Shown here piece after piece: positions 1 to 7,839 of a DNA stretch of 13,934 bases. Each line of letters begins with the position of its first letter. The stretch's first letter is position 1. This DNA comes from Candidatus Methylomirabilales bacterium (GTDB lineage Bacteria > Methylomirabilota > Methylomirabilia > Methylomirabilales > CSP1-5). The stretch spans positions 1 through 13,934 of the forward strand of contig JBHIAH010000068.1 of assembly GCA_046758505.1 (NCBI GenBank). The letters run 5' to 3'. A program made the translations under genes and the position numbers. Under the pieces are notes generated by a model. It made no database searches and was not told the origin of the DNA. It saw only the letters and a program-made list of their open reading frames with translations.

Positions 1-348
1 GGCCTCATCTGTAACACCGGCCGGACCCCGGGGACCATGCTCAAGATCGTCCTCCAGCGTCTCGGGATCCTGGAACATTTCGACGTCCTGACCTTTTCCG
101 ACGCGGTGGGGATCAGGAAGCCGGCTCCGCAGATCTTCCATCGCACGCTCGAGCAGCTCGGGGTCTCCTCGGATCGCGCCCTTCATGTCGGGGATGACCC
201 CACCACGGACGTCCAGGGTGCCCTGGGCGTCGGAATGCGGGCGGTACTCCTTCGTTCCCCCGAAGCCTCTCTCCTCAACGATGGAAGGGTGTGGGCCATC
301 GCGGCTCTGGCGGAGCTTCCGGGGATCCTCCAAGAGCTTCAGGGTTGA
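1..348 (+). CDS. HAD-superfamily hydrolase (subfamily IA-like), 5'-truncated by the window edge
   Basis: Frame open from base 1 (GLICNTGRTPGTMLK...). Motif II (ICNT), motif III (GIRKPAPQIF) and motif IV (LHVGDDPTTDVQGA..GM) are visible; motif I lies outside the window. Confidence 0.88.
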   Translation, partial: GLICNTGRTPGTMLKIVLQRLGILEHFDVLTFSDAVGIRKPAPQIFHRTLEQLGVSSDRALHVGDDPTTDVQGALGVGMRAVLLRSPEASLLNDGRVWAIAALAELPGILQELQG

Positions 349-507
349 GGGTCGAGCGTGTATGGTTTATGGTGCATAGTTCAGGGTTCAGGGCTGAGAG
401 TTGAAGGTCGAGAGTTGAGAGTTGAGTGTGCAGAGTTGAGGGTTCGAACGGTTCAGGGATCAGGGTTCAGGGTTTAAAGACCATGAACCATGAACCACGA
501 ACTACGA
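341..507. repeat. Period-7 degenerate tandem repeat tract with an inverted arm
   Basis: 15 in-phase units at 341-445 (AGGGTTG, ATGGTTT, AGGGTTC, AGAGTTG...), 4 more at 448-475, then ACCATGA ACCATGA ACCACGA ACTACGA at 480-507, which are reverse-complement-like to the ATGGTT units. Confidence 0.9.
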
Positions 508-521
508 AGAACGGAATCCCG

Positions 522-1337
522 ATGGAGCACGAGGAAAAAAAAACGGTTGGACAGTTGTTGCGGGCGGCCCGAGAGGCCCGCGGGATCAGCCGGGACGCGG
601 CGGCGGCGTCAACGGGGATCAAATCCATCTTTCTTACGGCCATGGAGGAGGACGACTACCACCTCCTCCCGGACGAGCGCTACCTCCTCCGCTTTCTCGA
701 GGAATACGCCACATTCCTCGGCCTGGATCCCCAAGGGGTCGAGCGCTGCTTTGCGCAGCAGATCGCCGGCGGCCGCGGTTCGCTGGCGATCTTCCCCGTC
801 AAGCGGACCGTCACCCTCTCGGTCCGCCGACTCCTCCCGGCGCTCCTCCTCCTTGCGTTCTTCATCCCTTCGGTCTTCGTCGCCCTCTCCCTCCTGAGCA
901 ACCCGGCCCAGGAGGGCCAACGGCCCGAGCGTCCCGAACGCCCTGAGATGGTCGGGGGAGGGGCGCCCGCCGGGACCCTGCCTCGGACCGGGGGAACCGT
1001 CGCGGCGAATCGGGTGGCCACGGCGGCTCCGGGCCGACCCCCTGCCGCCGCATCATCCGCGGCGGAGGGGGCGGCCTATACGTTGCGTGCGCAGGCTCAG
1101 GAGATGACCTGGATGTTGGTCACGATTGATGGCCGGGAGACCCGCGATGTCCTCCTTCGGGCCGGAGAGACCTGGGAGTGGCATGCCGATGAGGGCTTTG
1201 TGGTGACCCTTGGGAACGCAGGCGGCGTCGAGTTGATCCTGAACGGGCGTTCGCTGCCGCAGCTGGGGGCTCCGGGGCAGGTGGTCCGGGACCTCCACCT
1301 CCCCGCCGGCATGACCCCGAGTGCCGAATCACCCTAG
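522..1337 (+). CDS. rodZ: RodZ-like cell-shape protein (HTH, transmembrane helix, DUF4115-type C-terminal domain)
   Basis: N-terminal HTH (VGQLLRAAREARGIS...FLTAMEEDDY..LP...YATFLGLD), hydrophobic segment LLPALLLLAFFIPSVFVALSLL, Pro/Ala linker, C-terminal TWMLVTIDG...LGNAGGVELILNG..LG..GQV. ATG 522 chosen because the track's 426-521 extension is translated repeat DNA. Confidence 0.85.
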   Translation: MEHEEKKTVGQLLRAAREARGISRDAAAASTGIKSIFLTAMEEDDYHLLPDERYLLRFLEEYATFLGLDPQGVERCFAQQIAGGRGSLAIFPVKRTVTLSVRRLLPALLLLAFFIPSVFVALSLLSNPAQEGQRPERPERPEMVGGGAPAGTLPRTGGTVAANRVATAAPGRPPAAASSAAEGAAYTLRAQAQEMTWMLVTIDGRETRDVLLRAGETWEWHADEGFVVTLGNAGGVELILNGRSLPQLGAPGQVVRDLHLPAGMTPSAESP

Positions 1338-1393
1338 GGCTGTTGTCCCGGGCGTCCCGCCTCCTTCTCCCCAAATTGCTCCCCGATTTTGGC

Positions 1394-2446
1394 TCAGAGC
1401 CACGGTCGAGTGGCCAGAAAGGCCACCACGTGGGTGGGCCTGGCCAGGACCTTGGCCCGATCCCGGGGCTGGAGCATGAGGGCCGAAGGCTGATGACTGT
1501 GAATCGTGGCTCCCGAGGGGAGCTGGACCACGACGAGATTGTCCGGACCGCGGAATTGACGTGAGATGACCATGGCGTTCCCCATCGGGTCGGGGATCAG
1601 CTCGATGTGGTCGGGGCGCATCATGACCTCTACCTGGGCACCCCTGGGGAAGCCGGGGGTGTTGGGGAGGGGGCCGATTTCAGTCTCGATCCCCTCTTCC
1701 GTGACCCGGCCGGGCAGGAAGTCGGCCTTCCCGACAAAACGGGCCACGAATCGCGTCGCCGGCCGGTGGTAGATCTCCTCGGGCCGGCCGAGCTGCTCCA
1801 GGCGGCCCTGGTTCAGGATCCCGACCTGGTCTGCGATCATAAAGGCCTCCTCCTGATCATGGGTCACGAAGAGCGCGGTGGTCCCGAGCTCCCGGAGGAT
1901 CGTGTAGACCTCGTGGTGCATCTGGGCCATCAAGTCGGCATCCAGGTTGCTGAAGGGTTCGTCGAGGAGGAGGATCGAGGGGCGGGGGGCGAGGGCGCGC
2001 GCGAGGGCGACGCGCTGCTGCTGGCCGCCGGACAGTTCGTGGGGATAGCGGCCGGCAAACGCGGTGAGGCCTACCGTCTCCAGCATGCCCGTGACCCGCT
2101 GGGCCCGGGTCGTCGCGTCCAGCTTCCGGAGGCCAAACGCGATATTTTCCCCCACGGTCAGATGCGGAAAGAGCGCATATTCCTGAAAGACCATTCCCAC
2201 GCCCCGCGCTTCGGGCGGGACGAAGGTTTTGGTATCGGCCATCACCTCTCCCCCGATCTCGACCACGCCGACATCCGGTTTTTCAAAGCCGGCGACCAGG
2301 CGGAGTGCGGTGGTCTTCCCGCTCCCACTCGGCCCGAGGAGCGCGATGATCTCACCCGGCTCCGCGTGCAGGGACACGTCGTCCAGGGCGGGCAGATCGT
2401 GGGGAGAGTATCGTTTTACCAAGGCTTCGAGGCGAAGAAGGCTCAT
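1394..2446 (-). CDS. fbpC: Fe(III) ABC transporter ATP-binding subunit (FbpC/FutC-like)
   Basis: Walker [10 protein letters not shown]-loop [10 protein letters not shown], signature LSGGQQQR, Walker [16 protein letters not shown]-terminal TOBE-like region; third gene of the operon. Confidence 0.9.
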   Translation of the reverse strand: MSLLRLEALVKRYSPHDLPALDDVSLHAEPGEIIALLGPSGSGKTTALRLVAGFEKPDVGVVEIGGEVMADTKTFVPPEARGVGMVFQEYALFPHLTVGENIAFGLRKLDATTRAQRVTGMLETVGLTAFAGRYPHELSGGQQQRVALARALAPRPSILLLDEPFSNLDADLMAQMHHEVYTILRELGTTALFVTHDQEEAFMIADQVGILNQGRLEQLGRPEEIYHRPATRFVARFVGKADFLPGRVTEEGIETEIGPLPNTPGFPRGAQVEVMMRPDHIELIPDPMGNAMVISRQFRGPDNLVVVQLPSGATIHSHQPSALMLQPRDRAKVLARPTHVVAFLATRPWL

Positions 2447-2447
2447 A

Positions 2448-4190
2448 CTATCTCTCTACGCCCTCGGGTTGCTCCTCGATGGTGTCGGGCATGGGCGATC
2501 TCCCCAGGGGACGGGCACTGCTCCGCGCAAGGAGGATAACCGGAAGTATCCCGACCGCGACGATGGTGAGTGCCGGGAGCGCCGCCGCTTCCCAAAAGGA
2601 CTCGGAGGTGAGCTGCCAGACTCTGGCCGCCAGGGTCTCGTACCCAAACGGTCTCAGGAGCAGGGTGGCCGGCATCTCTTTCATGACGTCCACGAACACC
2701 AGAATCGCCGCGCTACACAAGCCGCCGCGGATAAGCGGGAGATGGATTCGTCGGAGCACGCCTCCCGCGCTGTCGCCAAGCGAGCGGCCCGCCATGTCCA
2801 TGCTTGGGGTGATCCTGGCGAGACTTGCCTCAACCGTGTGGACGCTCACTGCGAGGAACCGGACCAGGTAGGCGAACACCAACCCGACCATCGAGCCGGT
2901 GAGGAGCAGGCCGCTCGAGATCCCCCAGGTGGCGCGCAAGAAGGCATCCAGGCTGTGGTCCACGAAGGCGAGCGGCGCGAGGACCCCGACGGCTATGACG
3001 GAGCCCGGCAGGGCGTATCCCATGCTCGCCACACGGCCAAAGGTGGCCACGAGCCGGCTCCGGCTCAGGCGGAGGCCGTAGGCCACCACCACTGCGGCGC
3101 CCACCGCGAGAAGCGCGGTGATTGCCCCCAGGGTGACCGAGTTGAGCATGAACCCCGGGTAGCGGTCGTCGTATGCCGGCCCAGCGAGTCTCGCTAGAGT
3201 CCAGAAGAGGAGTTGGGCGACCGGCAAGAGAAACGCCACGCCGACGACGAGTCCGGCCAGCCCGCTCGCCGCCCAACCCCGCCAGCCGGAGAGCCGCTCA
3301 GGGGGAGCAGGGCGGCCGCTCCGGTCCGTCTGGTCAAAGCGCGCGCGACCGCGCAGGGCACGCTCGAGCAGGTACAGCGTCAGGGTGAAGAAAAGGAGCA
3401 GGCTCGCCAGCTCCGTCGCGGCCTGGCGGTTGAACAGGCCGAACCACACCCGGTAGATGGCCACCGGAAACGTGTTGAACCCAAAGATCGCAACCGTCCC
3501 GAAGTCGGCCAGCGCTTCCATCAGGGCCAGGGCGAGGCCGGCCACGATGGAGGGGCGGGCGAGCGGCAGCACGACCTTCCAGAACACCTCGGCCTTGCTC
3601 GCCCCGAGGGTGCGGGCGGCTTCGAGGGTCGTTCTGGGTTGTTCGAGGAACGCCGCCCGCGCCAGCAGGTAGACGTACGGATACAGGACCAGCGTCATGA
3701 CGAGAACCAGGCCTCCGTACGAGGCAAAGTCTGGGAACCAGACCTGCGGGCCGAAGACGCCGCGGAGCCAGCCCTGGACCGGACCGGCATAATCAAAGGT
3801 GGCGAGAAAGACAAAGCCGATGACGTAGGCGGGCATGGCCAGGGGGAGGATGAGGAGCCATTCGAAGACGGACCGGCCCGGGAAGCGGTACATGGTGACG
3901 AGCCAGGCCAGGCCGGTCCCCACCACCGCCACTCCCAGCCCCACACCGACGGTGAGTGCCACCGTGTTCCAGAGGAGCTCAGTGAGCTGCGTTGCCCAGA
4001 GGTGCCTCCAGACCTCGAGGCTCGGCGTCGCGGCGGACGAGACCACGACCAGGATCGGCGTGGCGATAAGAAGGGCCACCGCCCCGGCGGCCACGGGCCA
4101 CGGATCGCGGGGACGCCGCAGGCCGAGGCGCCGGGTGTGGTGTGTCGCGGACCTCACCTGGCTGGTGGCCGTACCCATGCTCCATCCCAT
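2448..4190 (-). CDS. fbpB: Fe(III) ABC transporter permease, duplicated domain (FbpB/FutB-like)
   Basis: Many hydrophobic segments, two EAA-like loops (EAARTLG; MAGRSLG), motifs LPLAMPAYV, YPYVYL, EALADFG, GYALPGSV, VMKEMPATLLLRPF. Start may be the ATG at 4178. Confidence 0.92.
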   Translation of the reverse strand: MGWSMGTATSQVRSATHHTRRLGLRRPRDPWPVAAGAVALLIATPILVVVSSAATPSLEVWRHLWATQLTELLWNTVALTVGVGLGVAVVGTGLAWLVTMYRFPGRSVFEWLLILPLAMPAYVIGFVFLATFDYAGPVQGWLRGVFGPQVWFPDFASYGGLVLVMTLVLYPYVYLLARAAFLEQPRTTLEAARTLGASKAEVFWKVVLPLARPSIVAGLALALMEALADFGTVAIFGFNTFPVAIYRVWFGLFNRQAATELASLLLFFTLTLYLLERALRGRARFDQTDRSGRPAPPERLSGWRGWAASGLAGLVVGVAFLLPVAQLLFWTLARLAGPAYDDRYPGFMLNSVTLGAITALLAVGAAVVVAYGLRLSRSRLVATFGRVASMGYALPGSVIAVGVLAPLAFVDHSLDAFLRATWGISSGLLLTGSMVGLVFAYLVRFLAVSVHTVEASLARITPSMDMAGRSLGDSAGGVLRRIHLPLIRGGLCSAAILVFVDVMKEMPATLLLRPFGYETLAARVWQLTSESFWEAAALPALTIVAVGILPVILLARSSARPLGRSPMPDTIEEQPEGVER

Positions 4191-4191
4191 G

Positions 4192-5214
4192 TCACTTATA
4201 GCCGGCCCGGTCCAGGAGCTTCACCGCAGGGGCCTGGAGGGCTCCGGCGGCGGCCACGTTCACCTGATCCGCCTTGAACTCGCCCCAGTCGAGGATCAGG
4301 GTGCTCGGCTTGACCGTCGGGTTCGCGGGATATTCATAGTTGGCGTCGGCGATGAGGTGTTGGGCCTCGGGGGAACTCAGAAACTCGATGAGCGCAATGG
4401 CATTCTCCCGGTGCCTGGCATACCTGGTGACGCCGGCACCGGAGATGTTGACATGGACGCCGCGGTCCCGTTGATTGGGCCAGAAGACCGCCACGGGAAA
4501 GAGGGGATCCTTCGCCTTGAGCCGGGCCAGGTAATACGTGTTCGCGACCGTCACGTCGCACTGTCCCGCGGCGATCGCCTTGAGCATCCGGGTATCACTG
4601 TTGAAGATGCGCGGCCGGTTTTTCATCCATCCGCGGACTACGGCTTCGGCCCTTTGCTCGCCAAGCGTCTCGATCATCGTGGCGACCAGCGACTGGGTGT
4701 AGACCTTCTGGGAGGTGCGGAGGCACAGCCGTCCTTTCCACCGGGGGTCGCCCAGCCCCTCGTAGGTCGACAGCGCCGCGGGCTTGACCCGCTCGGTGCT
4801 ATACATGATCGGTCGGGCGCGGACCGAGAGCCCCACCCAGGCGTTGTCCTTGGCCCGCAGGTGGGCGGGGATATTTTTCGTGATGACCGGCGAGTCGAAC
4901 CCCTGCAGGAGGCCCGCGTGTTCGGCGATCCAGAGGTTCCCCGCGTCCACCGTCATAAAGACGTCGGCCGGGGTGTAGCGACCTTCCGCCTTGAGGCGCT
5001 CGAAGAGTTCGCCCGCCTTGGCGGTAAAATAATTCACGCTGATCCCCGTCTTCACCGTGAAGGCGTCGAACATCGGCTTGATCAGCTTTTCGATCCGCGC
5101 CGAGTAGACCACGACCTCACCGGCCTCGCGGGCCTGGGCGGTGGAAACCAGGGGGATGAGTAAGATCGGGACCAAGACGAGGGCTGATACATTTCTCAAG
5201 AGGGTCCTTGGCAT
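4192..5214 (-). CDS. fbpA: Fe(III) ABC transporter substrate-binding protein (FbpA/FutA-like)
   Basis: Signal peptide ending near AQA, VVVYSAR, PADVFMTVDAGNL, NTYY tyrosine pair, GVHVNISGAGV, NYEYP; RBS GGAGGTG upstream on the minus strand. Confidence 0.92.
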   Translation of the reverse strand: MPRTLLRNVSALVLVPILLIPLVSTAQAREAGEVVVYSARIEKLIKPMFDAFTVKTGISVNYFTAKAGELFERLKAEGRYTPADVFMTVDAGNLWIAEHAGLLQGFDSPVITKNIPAHLRAKDNAWVGLSVRARPIMYSTERVKPAALSTYEGLGDPRWKGRLCLRTSQKVYTQSLVATMIETLGEQRAEAVVRGWMKNRPRIFNSDTRMLKAIAAGQCDVTVANTYYLARLKAKDPLFPVAVFWPNQRDRGVHVNISGAGVTRYARHRENAIALIEFLSSPEAQHLIADANYEYPANPTVKPSTLILDWGEFKADQVNVAAAGALQAPAVKLLDRAGYK

Positions 5215-5338
5215 TCTTCACCTCCCGGGCTTTTCGTGGAGTTGGGGTCCCGCACGCTTCGTGCTCATCACTAGCCTGTGGCCCGGCCTGCAATGACCCG
5301 ACAGGAACTCATCTTATGCCATTCTTAGGTTCTGAGTT

Positions 5339-5367
5339 AAGGTAGCTTTAGTAGTGGACTGTGTCAA
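5339..5367 (-). promoter_or_regulatory. Putative sigma70 promoter of the Fe(III) ABC operon
   Basis: Minus strand: TTGACA (5367-5362), 17 nt, TACCTT (5344-5339; fits TAnnnT). Confidence 0.6.
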
Positions 5368-5407
5368 GCCTTTTTTCTCGAGTAATACTTACCTTCCATA
5401 AACTCCC

Positions 5408-5436
5408 TTGACAGCATATCCATTTGGATATAGGGT
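5408..5436 (+). promoter_or_regulatory. Putative sigma70 promoter of the DtxR-family gene, with a palindrome in the spacer
   Basis: TTGACA (5408-5413), 17 nt, TAGGGT (5431-5436); perfect inverted repeat ATATCCA-TT-TGGATAT at 5416-5431. Confidence 0.6.
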
Positions 5437-5482
5437 ACGAATCAATGGGGTAACCGGCTGAAGTATAAGGCTCGGAGGGGTC

Positions 5483-6154
5483 ATGGCGCACGACATCGGC
5501 CATATGGAAAAAACTGAGATGTATCTCAAGGCCATTACGGTGGTCCAGCAATCGGCCCCTCCCGTCACCACATCCAAGGTCGCGGATTTTTTGAAGATCA
5601 CCGTTCCCGCCGCTTCGGACATGCTGAAGCGCCTGATACAAAAGGGCCTCGTCCTGGCCGAAGATGACGGGGGGTTTGGCGTGACGGGTGATGGGCAGCG
5701 GATCGCGCTGCAGGTCATCCGGCGGCTGCGGCTCGCCGAGTGCTTCCTCGCCGACGTGCTGGGGCTCTCGTTGGAAAAGGTCTACGACGAGGCCTGCAAG
5801 TTTGAACATGTGCTGAGCGGCGAGGTGGAGGAGCGGCTGGTGCAGCTGCTCAAAGATCCGAGGCGCTGTCCCCACGGACATCCGATTCCCGATATCCAGG
5901 GAAGGCTCCCCTTTGCGTATCCCCTTACGACGTTGACGGCAATCGAGGAGGGGGGGGAGGGGACGGTCTTCTGCGTGCCCGAGGAAGATGCCGAGCTGTT
6001 GGTCTACCTCACCGAACTGCGGCTCTTGCCGCAGACCCATCTCCAGGTCAAAAGGATTGCACCCTACAACGGGCCAATCTTCTTTCAGATCGAGGATGCG
6101 CAGCAGGCCGTCGGACGGGATGCCGCGGCCCGCATTTACGTGACCCCCACCTAA
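5483..6154 (+). CDS. DtxR/IdeR/MntR-family metal-dependent regulator with C-terminal FeoA/SH3-like domain
   Basis: TEMYLKAI, winged HTH, RLAE.FL..VLG, EACKFEH, CPHGHPIP, C-terminal ELLVYLTELRLLP...APYNGPI; RBS GGAGG upstream; divergent from the iron uptake operon. Confidence 0.93.
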   Translation: MAHDIGHMEKTEMYLKAITVVQQSAPPVTTSKVADFLKITVPAASDMLKRLIQKGLVLAEDDGGFGVTGDGQRIALQVIRRLRLAECFLADVLGLSLEKVYDEACKFEHVLSGEVEERLVQLLKDPRRCPHGHPIPDIQGRLPFAYPLTTLTAIEEGGEGTVFCVPEEDAELLVYLTELRLLPQTHLQVKRIAPYNGPIFFQIEDAQQAVGRDAAARIYVTPT

Positions 6155-6227
6155 AGCAAACGCACAAAGTGCGTTTGCTTTGGAGCAATGGAGCCCTTGA
6201 CGAAGACGTCAAGGGGAGCAAAGGAGC
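6153..6227. repeat. Two adjacent perfect inverted repeats plus a 13-nt direct repeat
   Basis: AAAGCAAACGCAC-aaa-GTGCGTTTGCTTT (6153-6181) and CCCTTGACG-aaga-CGTCAAGGG (6194-6215); GGAGCAA(T/A)GGAGC at 6182-6194 and 6215-6227. Confidence 0.8.
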
Positions 6228-6318
6228 GATTCGGGAGGCGAAATGCCCCATTGCGGTCTATTGTTCTATTGCTCGATTGTCACACAAGATGAAATGCGTT
6301 TGTATTAGTCCCCCCGTG

Positions 6319-6430
6319 GCAGTCGGCCGTCAGCATTCAGCCGTCAGCCGGCAGGTCCTGGCGCTGCTTGTTGATCGTCCGCGGCGAGCCGTGTGTTCGT
6401 GCGGGTCGCTGACAGCTGGCTGCGGACAGC
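6319..6430. repeat. Period-7 repeat tract arranged as two inverted arms
   Basis: Left arm GCAGTCG GCCGTCA GCATTCA GCCGTCA GCCGGCA (6319-6353); right arm TGACAGC TGGCTGC GGACAGC (6410-6430), reverse-complement-like to GCNNTCA. Confidence 0.7.
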
Positions 6431-6652
6431 CGGATTCAACGCATGGTGGCCGAGGAGAGGTATTGCGTCGACATCCTCCTCGAGGTCTCAGCGGTTCAAG
6501 GGGTGTTGGGGCAGGCTCCGAACCGTCTTGGGGGTCGGCAGATCGAAGGCTGCGTGGCGGCGGCCTGTCCCACGGGGAATGATCGGGAGCGGGAACGAAG
6601 GACGGACGAATTCCTGGAGGTCTCTTCTCGCTTCGGCCGCCCTGGTCGGTGA
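6431..6652 (+). pseudogene. csoR: CsoR/RcnR-family metal-sensing repressor remnant (5'-truncated, degenerate)
   Basis: RIQRMVAEERYCVDILLEVSAVQG..L...GRQIEGCV...DEFLEVSSRFGR resembles CsoR (GIQRM.EE.RYC.DIL.Q.SAV...L..H...CV). Helix 1 (RL.RIEGQ) is absent in frame, there is an in-frame TGA at 6410-6412, and the H of HxxxC is Q. Confidence 0.78.
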
Positions 6653-6660
6653 GGTGGTGG

Positions 6661-7794
6661 ATGGACGCCGAGGTCATCGTCGTAGGCGGCGGTCCGGGAG
6701 GGGCGGTGGCCGCCCGTGCCCTGGCGCGGACAGGGGTGAGGGTCCTGCTGCTCGAGAAGGCCCGCTTCCCCCGCAATAAACCGTGCGGGGGGAGCCTGTC
6801 GCCCAAGGTTCTCTCGTTGGGAGTGGACTTCAGGGCGGTGGTGGAGGATGTGGTCACGGAAGCGGTCCTTGCCGCCCCCGGAAAGGCCCCTATCCGCCAT
6901 CGGGCCGAGATCCCCTTGGCCTATATGGTTCAGCGGGATCGGTTCGATCAGCTCCTGCTCACTCAGGCAGCAGAGGCCGGGGCTTGCGTCCTAGAGGGTC
7001 ACCGGGTCTTACGGGCCCAGGAAGTCACAGGCGGCGTGGAAGTGGTTTTGGACCAGGGAACATTTCGGGCCCCGATCCTCGTCGCGGCGGATGGTGCCCA
7101 GGGAGCGATTGCGCGCTCGTTCCCACGAGCCCCATCTCGGATCAGCCTCGCGATGGACGTCCGTCTCGCGCCTCCCGATCGAGTGCGCAGGGCCTGGCGG
7201 GGGAAGGTCCTGATCGATTTTGGGGCGATCCCCTTCGGCTATGGCTGGGTCTTTCCGAAGGCCTGCGAGCTGTCAACGGGAGTCCTGGGGATGAAGGAGA
7301 AGGTCCGCGGGCTGCCCGGCCACCTCGCGCGGTTTCTCGACCGGCAACGCCTCCGGAACGTTTCGAAGCAGGTGGCGGGGTGGCCCATTCCGTATCCGGC
7401 ATGGTCGCTCAATCCCATCGCGAGCCCTCGGGTCCTTCTGGTGGGGGACGCGGCGGGGCTCGTGGACCCCTTCACGGGCGAGGGGATCTACTACGCGATG
7501 CGGAGCGGGCTGTTGGCTGCCACCACGATCGCCGAGGGGGGGATCCGGGTGGCTCAGCGGTACCGGCAGCGGATCCGGGACGCGTTTGAGCACGACCTGC
7601 GGGGGGCGGCGGTCCTGGCTGCATGTATTCACCGGGCCCCCCGATGGTCGTTTCGGGCGCTCAGGAGGCACCCGGGGGCCGTCGAAGCCTTCGTCGCCGT
7701 CCTCGCGGGAAAAAGCAGCTACCCGGCGTTCCTCCAGAAGGTGGCACGGGCCTGCCTTGCCGATGGCTGGAAGAGGCTCACGCGAGCCGCCTGA
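6661..7794 (+). CDS. Geranylgeranyl-reductase-family FAD-dependent oxidoreductase
   Basis: VIVVGGGPGG, LLEKARFPRNKPCGG, RDRFDQLL, VAADGA, GYGWVFPK, LLVGDAAGLVDPFTGEGIYYA; RBS GAGGTG favours ATG 6661 over GTG 6649. Confidence 0.9.
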   Translation: MDAEVIVVGGGPGGAVAARALARTGVRVLLLEKARFPRNKPCGGSLSPKVLSLGVDFRAVVEDVVTEAVLAAPGKAPIRHRAEIPLAYMVQRDRFDQLLLTQAAEAGACVLEGHRVLRAQEVTGGVEVVLDQGTFRAPILVAADGAQGAIARSFPRAPSRISLAMDVRLAPPDRVRRAWRGKVLIDFGAIPFGYGWVFPKACELSTGVLGMKEKVRGLPGHLARFLDRQRLRNVSKQVAGWPIPYPAWSLNPIASPRVLLVGDAAGLVDPFTGEGIYYAMRSGLLAATTIAEGGIRVAQRYRQRIRDAFEHDLRGAAVLAACIHRAPRWSFRALRRHPGAVEAFVAVLAGKSSYPAFLQKVARACLADGWKRLTRAA

Positions 7795-7839
7795 TCGTGT
7801 AAAGTGAGGGAGCGGTCCGCAGTCGAATGGAGTGAAGCC

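Noticed and set aside
426..521. N-terminal extension of the rodZ ORF
   Set aside because: It is translated heptamer repeat; RodZ similarity begins after ATG 522.
921..947. RPE-RPE-RPE repeat in RodZ
   Set aside because: Short low-complexity linker repeat with synonymous variation; ordinary.
1607..5163. Long + strand ORFs (310-442 aa) opposite the iron operon
   Set aside because: Antisense shadows expected in GC-rich coding DNA; no recognisable motifs.
5215..5332. Riboswitch in the ~120-nt fbpA leader
   Set aside because: Only a small hairpin (GCACG-ctt-CGTGC) is visible; no recognisable aptamer or terminator.
6257..6279. TCTATTG/TCGATTG three times with period 8
   Set aside because: Too short to separate from chance, and no function can be assigned.
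6303..6320. Possible CsoR operator remnant (TAGTCCCCCCGTGG)
   Set aside because: Only a C-tract is present; no matching G-tract or symmetry.
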